NCBI RefSeq assembly: GCF_006345805.1
Contig: NW_021825569.1
Span: 1-15,017 of the forward strand
DNA: 15,017 nucleotides
Direction of reading: 5' to 3'
From: Octopus sinensis
Lineage: Eukaryota
Positions 8,991-15,017 of the stretch are shown here, one piece after another (position 1 is the first letter of the stretch; the number at the start of each line of letters is the position of its first letter). Position numbers and translations under genes: made by a program. The notes under the pieces are model-generated. The model saw nothing but the letters and a program-made list of their open reading frames with translations. It searched no databases and had not been told where the DNA came from.

Positions 8991-9009
8991 TGTTATTGTT
9001 ATTGTTATT
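8905..9009. repeat. (ATT)n grading into (ATTGTT)n
   Basis: Directly visible. Confidence 0.97.
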
Positions 9010-9729
9010 TTCTCTTTATCACAGATTTTATTGGAGCTTCTGGAGTCTTGTATGTCTAATAGGCTTGCTATCTGCAGCTAGAGTATCATGCTATCCATTC
9101 TCTTAAGCTATCTAATACTTTCCTGATTATTCTGGCCGTGCCAAGGAGGCAAACCTCTTGTAACAGTTCTACAGGGCACTCTATTCAAACTCCCTTTATA
9201 TTCCTCTTGATGCCTTCTGATACTGTTCTTAAGGACCCAACAATAAATGGAACTATCTTCACCTTCTTCATTTTCCAGAGCCATGCTATTTAGTACTTAA
9301 GAGGGTTGTATCTCTCTATCTTTTCGCCTTCCTTCTTGACTATTCATAGGTCAAAAGGGCATGCAACGTCAACTATATAGCATATGTGGTGCACCTTGTC
9401 CACTACTACTAGGTCCTGTCTGTTATGCTCTAGCACTTGATCTGTGTCAATTGGTAAATCCCAGAGGATTTTGCTAGTCTCCGACTCCGCCACTCTCTGT
9501 AGTTTGTGTTCATATCACGTCTTATTTCTCTCTACCCCACCCCGTTTTCGCACAGTATTTAAAGTAGCACTCTCGCTACCTGATCGTGTCGCCACAACTT
9601 GTAGTGGTTTGGGGCAAGTCTTGGGCATTTGCTCGTGATATTGGAAATAGTTTCAGCCCCTCTATTGCAGATGCGGCACAGTGGAGACACTTGCTCATGC
9701 CTAAGGTCGACCCAAAGCTTGGTCTTGCG
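9010..9729 (-). pseudogene. R4/Dong-type non-LTR 3' fragment C (CCHC zinc finger plus restriction-like endonuclease)
   Basis: SPLCRICNRGAETISNITSKC (9625-9678), WRHDQVARV, KILWDLPIDTDQVLEHNRQDLVVVDK...IVDVACPFD...KKEGEKIERY...LWKMKKVKIVPFIVGSL...CLLGTARIIRK. Several stops and frameshifts. Confidence 0.9.

Positions 9730-9808
<79 letters not shown>
9730..9808. repeat. (ATT)n microsatellite
   Basis: Directly visible. Confidence 0.97.
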
Positions 9809-10242
9809 CATCTTTTAGTCATTACGTTAATCTATGAGCTAATGAATAAACTATTGCTATACGATTAAATGAGAGATAATAACCATAAAACAAAAATGAA
9901 CGATAAATACTTAAGTTATATATTTCTAGAGGGCATTTTAAATGAAAATTGATACATGCTATTATCAACAAGTGGAAATTATTGAGTCTTTAAATGAGAA
10001 ATAACAGTGTAGTAAGAATATATTAATTTTAAACTGATGCATTAAAGCAATCAAACTTTACAATTAAATCAGGGAAATAATTAAACGCATAAATCTGAAA
10101 TAACGTTCATTAACTAAATAATCTATGAAAAGCAAAAATAATTTCGTATTGAACAATTAAAATGTAACTGTATATTCTTCTACCATGTATGTATTCATTT
10201 CACTATCATAACAGATCATTTCTATTTCGTTGTTGAAAGTGT

Positions 10243-11450
10243 TTCTTGTTTTTGTTTTTTTTTTATCTAGTTTCAGCTCACGAGCTGTGGCCATGCTGGG
10301 GCACCGCCATTTGGTGTTGCTACATGATTTTACCTCATGAATGCTTTTTAGCAATTGCCATTTGGTGCATGAGAGAGTTCTATGCAGCTGCCCTCATCTG
10401 CACCTCCTGCCGTGAAGTTGGTTCATCTGGGACACCTGACAGGAAGAAATCCAGTTTTATTTTAAAGACATCTGCATCCACCCCATGTAGGTCTCTCAGG
10501 TTCTTCGGGAGGATATTGTAGAGCTGTGGGTCTCTGAAACCCAGGCTATCACAGTATCTTGTCCTACATCTTGATGGCAGATTTGGAGTCCTTGGCACTA
10601 TGCACTGGCGCCCAGTTCTAGCATTTGTGTAACTCTCGATGCCAAAGTTTGGGACAAGTTCTTCTAGGATCTTCCAGATGTCTGAGAGGGCCATTATTAA
10701 CAGTAGTGGTCTCAAAACAGTGCCTTGCGGAACACCGCTCACTATTTGCGTGTTATTGGAGGTGGCCCCATTGGCTACTACCACCTGACTTCTATCCTTC
10801 AGAAAGTCATGAAGCCATTCTCCCAATTTTCCAACTATGCCAAGATCACGCAGTTTGTGACATATCATTCCATGATCGACTTTATCAAAGGCCTTTGCAA
10901 AGTCGAGATATATGACTTCCACATTTGAGTGGTTGATCAGTCGTTTCAGCACCCAGTCATAGTGTTGTAGGAGCTGAGTTAGGCAGCTTCTTCCTGGTCG
11001 GAAACCATGTTGGGTGTCAGGCAGCAAGTCATTTTCTTCAAGGAAGGTGATTAATTTCCTTCTGACAATTCGTTCCATGACCTTGCTGATGTGTGAAGTC
11101 AGAGAGATAGGTCTGTAGTTCTTGGCCTCCGCTCTGCTACCTGCTTTATGAATAGGGCATATTTTACCTTCCTTCAGTTCTCTTGGAAGTTTGCAAGGAA
11201 GCTCTGAAAGAGGAACTGCAGTGGTCTCGCTAGGACTCTCTTACATACTTTTAGAAGGATTGCCGGGAATCCATCGCGGCCAGTAGCTGAGTTTGTTTTC
11301 ATTTCATCTATAGCCTTGATTACATCGTCTTCCTTTATATTGATTTAAACAATCATCGCTGCCTCTGATTTTACATCTGCAGTGATAAAGAAGTCAGTTG
11401 AATTGCTAACTTGAAAATGCCCTAGGGGTTCGCTGTTTATAAAAATATAT
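10243..11450 (-). pseudogene. 5'-truncated CR1/L2-type LINE: partial reverse transcriptase, 3' UTR and A-rich tail
   Basis: NSATGRDGFPAILLK, PIHKAGSRAEAKNYRPISLTSHISKVMERIV, QHGFRPGRSCLTQLL, IYLDFAKAFDKVDH, SGVPQGTVLRPLL, WKILEELVPN. Stop at 11345-11347, frameshift near 11195, premature TAG at 10380-10382 (RAAA*NSLMHQ), likely original stop at 10335-10337. YADD region absent. Confidence 0.93.
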
Positions 11451-11754
11451 TTAAGCACTAAAATTATTTCGCCTGTCATCAATATCACCTTTAATTCAAC
11501 TCATCTCTTGCAATTGATTAATGCAAATTCTTCCTATCCAAACTCTACCTTATCAGATATAATACCTAAAATCTCCCCTATCTCAGGGTGTCTTTTTTAC
11601 AAGTTAAGTAGTGAAGGAAACGACTTTAGTCATATAACAATCATTGAGCATCCATATGCCTTTGGAACTTCCATCAAAGGGCATCAAAGAATCATAATGG
11701 TGAAACATGCATAGAAACTTAAAAATAAAATGAACCTGCGTTTATCGGTATTTG

Positions 11755-11755
<1 letters not shown>

Positions 11756-11788
<33 letters not shown>

Positions 11789-11823
11789 ATATATATGTGT
11801 GTAAATATGTGTTCATAGTTGTA

Positions 11824-11880
<57 letters not shown>
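11756..11880. repeat. (TG)n and (TA)n microsatellites
   Basis: Directly visible. Confidence 0.95.
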
Positions 11881-11883
<3 letters not shown>

Positions 11884-11952
11884 GGAGTAAACACATAAAT
11901 GTGAAACAAGGTGGAAAAAAGAGTACTCAAATACCAGTGGTAGAGTAATATG

Positions 11953-12091
11953 CTTTATTTTAAGCAGCAGAAAATTCAACAAATCTGTTACTCTGAGTTT
12001 CTCGTTGCCGTTCATCAGACAGGTCTGATGAACGGCAACGAGAAACTCAGAGTAACAGATTTTGTTGAATTTTCTGCTGCTTAAAATAAAG
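11953..12091. repeat. Near-perfect palindrome: 68/69-bp arms with a 2-nt spacer
   Basis: 11953-12020 and 12023-12091 are reverse complements with one 1-nt indel. Confidence 0.97.
11985..12058. ncRNA. Two head-to-head minimal hammerhead-like motifs (minus 11985-12022; plus 12023-12058)
   Basis: CTGT CTGATGA A-CG-gcaa-CG-A GAAA CTC-a-GAG TA|ACAG. Full core, GNRA-capped helix II, palindromic helix III ACTC-A-GAGT, GUA site, 4-bp helix I on minus (2 bp on plus). The closing pair of helix II is A.A. Confidence 0.6.
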
Positions 12092-12171
12092 TATGTATAT
12101 ATATATATATATATATAGATATATATATATATATATATTATATATATGTATATATATATATATATATATTT

Positions 12172-12308
12172 GTTGGCCAACTGGAAAAAATCTTTCGGTA
12201 ATCAGATAGATTTCTTCGCGATAATCTTTGTTGTTCTCTGTGAATAAAAACTCTACTAATGTAAACTTCGCCTTTCATCCTATTGAAACCGATAGATAAT
12301 GTACAAGC
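12172..12308 (+). mobile_element. Very old SINE family B remnant
   Basis: ACTTCGCCTTTCATCCTATTGAAACCGATAGATAATGTACAAG resembles ACTTTACCTTTCATCCTTTCGG and CGATTAAATAAGTACCAG in the 4522-4719 unit. Confidence 0.4.
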
Positions 12309-12356
12309 CTAAAATGATTGTTTTTCTCTGTGTTTGATTTTTTCCCTCCTTTCTAG

Positions 12357-12443
12357 AAGAAATCGGTGGAAACCAGACTTGGACGGGGATTTGCACCATC
12401 AGGTCTATATAAATATCCAAAATTACCAGATATGTCGCGGTAG
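12357..12443 (+). CDS. Weak candidate exon after a strong acceptor (frame 0: KKSVETRLGRGFAPSGLYKYPKLPDMSR*)
   Basis: Polypyrimidine tract TTTGATTTTTTCCCTCCTTTCTAG ends at 12356. No convincing donor; no family recognised. Confidence 0.2.
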   Translation, partial: KKSVETRLGRGFAPSGLYKYPKLPDMSR

Positions 12444-12484
12444 TTGCCCTCCTATTCAATCAGGGAATTGAGAGCACAAGGCAA

Positions 12485-12486
<2 letters not shown>

Positions 12487-12531
<45 letters not shown>

Positions 12532-12534
12532 AAC

Positions 12535-12584
<50 letters not shown>

Positions 12585-12590
12585 CACATA
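12487..12590. repeat. (CA)n microsatellite
   Basis: Directly visible. Confidence 0.96.
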
Positions 12591-12712
12591 CGAACTGGTA
12601 ATGACTGCTAACCCGAAAATTTGAAGAAAATATTTAGCTTAATTTGGAATTGCTTTTAAATATAACTTCACTTAAAAACAAACATCTGTTCATCAATACG
12701 CACATATAGAAT

Positions 12713-12765
12713 TGTATGTATGTATGTATGTATGTATGTATGTATGTATGTATATCTATATGTAT
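12713..12765. repeat. (TATG)n microsatellite
   Basis: Directly visible. Confidence 0.95.
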
Positions 12766-12944
12766 AAGGTACATATATGAGTGATTGAAAGACTTTTTGA
12801 TTTCTTGGTCATGCTTGTCTGAATATTTACAGTTTCTTAGAAAGCGACATATATGTCGTACAAGTTTATGTCAATATAATCCAATGATGTAAAGATATCT
12901 CCAATGTAGCGGCTGTCAAGTGACAAGGTGAAACAATCAAATGT

Positions 12945-13135
12945 ATACCTTCCCACCTACCTATTTACCTACTTACCTACCTACCTACCTACCTACCAAC
13001 CTACCTACCTACCTACCTACCTACCTACCTACCTACCTACCTGCCTACCTACCTACATATCTACCTATCTATTTCCCTATCTACATACACACACTCATAT
13101 ATATGTATGTACATACACACACGCACACGTGTTTG
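12945..13135. repeat. (CCTA)n tetranucleotide tract grading into (CA)/(TA)
   Basis: Directly visible; explains the PTYL ORFs. Confidence 0.96.
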
Positions 13136-13559
13136 CCTACATGTCTTCTATTTTTTTAATCTTTTACCGATTTTAGTTTCTAGATTGCGGTCATAACGGA
13201 GAACCTCCTTGAAAAGCTTTTTTTTATATTTGTATATAAGACCGATAATTTAAATTTTAACTTTATAGCAATGCCAATAGTATTGATCTGTATATCTATA
13301 GGGGTTAGTTACAATGGGGTTTCATATCAGTTTATTAGATGAGGTAATATAATGAACGTCGCTTTTTTGTTAATAAAAAGCTACTTTGGAGGATATAATT
13401 GGAAAGATTTAGCTATCATTAAAATTTTTATTGTTACTTAAGTAGAGAGCAAATTATCTGTCAAAATATGATCTTTCCAAACCTACAATGTAATATTCAG
13501 CTTGTCGTATCTTATAAATCTTAGCCATTAACAACTGCTTTAGTTTTTCTGAGTTACCA

Positions 13560-14890
13560 TTACAAGCTTCATAGCGGTTTTGGGGATGTCTTTCTCCCTT
13601 TATTTTGATTGGCGCTTATATCTCCGACATAGAAGGTTTTGATCTTTTTTGATCAGGACTATTGGATTAAACGATTGATCTTCAGAAGGGGGTCAGAGAG
13701 TTGCAAGCTTATGATGGCCGTTGGATACTTATCACTTAGTTGCCTGTATAAAATTTCTTCTACCAAGGCACATCTCTTTTTGAGGTCTTTATGCATATCA
13801 TATGATTTCGTCTTTGGGTGTGATGTCACAGTTTCGTTTATGTGTTGATTTCAAGTTTTTCTTCTATTTCTGGGACAATTGGGCGGGTTCTTTTTCCTGT
13901 CTGTGGTGCTTGTTCTTTGTTACTTATTGTAGGGAATACGGATGGGGATGGTGCCAATATTCTCTTCCGCGTAACAACAGAATACCCCTCCTTTGCCACC
14001 TTCATGATGTTGTCTGAGTAGGAATTTTTACTTGTGTGGGGCTGGTGGATGTGAAAGCTTGGGGACAATTTTGCAGGCTTGTGTAGGGCCTGGTATCTGC
14101 GCCGTTTTGTTTTTTTCCCTTTTCTCCATCTCTATTTTTTCCTTTCAACGCAGTCTATACGAATGTGGCCCTTTCTTCCACATTCGTAACAGGTGGGCTT
14201 CCTGTCCTCCACCTGAATTCTATGGGCCACATTCTCGCCCACAAGCACTCTCTCGGGAAGCATTTGAATGTCTTCCTGAGATCCCTGCACAATTGCAGTA
14301 AAGGTCTACTCGAACCAATTCTGGGGAGCAGAGCATATAATTTGGAGGAATTATATTTTTCCTCCCAGTTAAACAGCAGGGCGGTCATGACCTCCCTTGG
14401 ATCAATCTCCGGTGGTACTTTTGTTACCCTCACACGAGAAGTCCGTCTTCCCATGTGTGTCGGCAGAGGCACTACCTCCTTTGTTTTCAGCGGGCACACG
14501 GAGTGCCTGCGGGACACCTCTTCCGTTGCAAATCAGACCTCAATCGTTCTGTATGCCTGTCGCCTTGCAATATATTGCACGTCTTTCCAAATTGAGCACA
14601 GGCACTTCTCTATCTTTTCTTTTTCGAAGTGTTTAAATCTTTTGTTCTGCGGACAGAACGATTTAAATACTACCGTCTTTTTCTGTCACTTTAACATTGG
14701 AGGAAGGTGTTATTTTAACATCACCGTCCTCCCCCTCCTTCATTCTTCCAAAGAATTCGCTTAGTTTCTCGACGGAGATGTCAATGCTTTCTGTTGCCAC
14801 CGCGGCAACCGCCGAAAACTTTTTAACTATTACAACTCCTGTATTACTCTCTGCGAGAGCAGACTTCTCATGAATTATTTCGACCGACAT
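13560..14890 (-). pseudogene. Decayed LINE ORF1/gag-like gene with CCHC zinc knuckle (L1/Tx1- or I-group-like)
   Basis: Stitched frames: MSVEIIHEK..., TVVFKSFCPQNKRF...IEV*FATEE...RTSRVRVTKVPPEID..., RIQVEDRKPT-CYECGRKGHIRIDC (CX2CX4HX4C at 14150-14191), EGYSVVTRKR. Multiple frameshifts and stops. GC content is higher than the flanks. Confidence 0.75.
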
Positions 14891-15017
14891 TATTTGGTCG
14901 AAATTATAAAACAACAAATTACAAAAATGGTTTTCGAAATAAAAGGAAGCCTATAATTTTTTCCCACAACTGTTCAAATCCCACCCCCATTAGGGGGAGG
15001 GTCACAAAATTAGTCTA

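Noticed and set aside
7443-9808. CRISPR-like alternation of repeat and unique blocks
   Set aside because: The repeats are simple (ATT)n of variable length and the spacers are 170-720 bp retroelement pieces in eukaryotic DNA.
11508-11714. 68-aa ORF in unique sequence
   Set aside because: No recognisable motif and no convincing splice donor; length is expected by chance.
12845-12858. 14-bp perfect palindrome CGACATATATGTCG
   Set aside because: Short, with a TA-repeat core; no supporting context.
10625-14764. Plus-strand ORFs overlapping the CR1 RT and the ORF1-like gene (e.g. 10625..10915, 14165..14764)
   Set aside because: Antisense shadows of minus-strand coding sequence.

Overview
Non-coding, AT-rich, microsatellite-dense animal genomic DNA. 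The repeat families resemble from memory those of octopus/cephalopod genomes (not verified). No intact gene is present, and most entries in the ORF track are simple repeats or antisense shadows of transposons. Recognisable content: (i) a 5'-truncated, internally deleted CR1/L2-type LINE reverse-transcriptase pseudogene (10243-11450, minus); (ii) four degraded R4/Dong-type (restriction-like endonuclease) non-LTR 3' fragments plus one 578-bp non-coding element, all co-oriented and separated by (ATT)n tracts (about 6790-9808); (iii) a decayed LINE ORF1/gag-like gene with a CCHC knuckle and no visible ORF2 (about 13560-14890, minus); (iv) several tRNA-type SINE copies, one family sharing its 3' tail with the CR1 LINE in this window; (v) three unrelated long fold-back elements (1594-2194, 4720-5093, 11953-12091), each containing or abutting a hammerhead-ribozyme-like core that reads outward from the palindrome centre, suggesting Penelope-like pseudo-LTR remnants; (vi) one plausible host exon (829-991, plus) and one weak one. 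All alignments and folds were done by eye; none was computed or searched.
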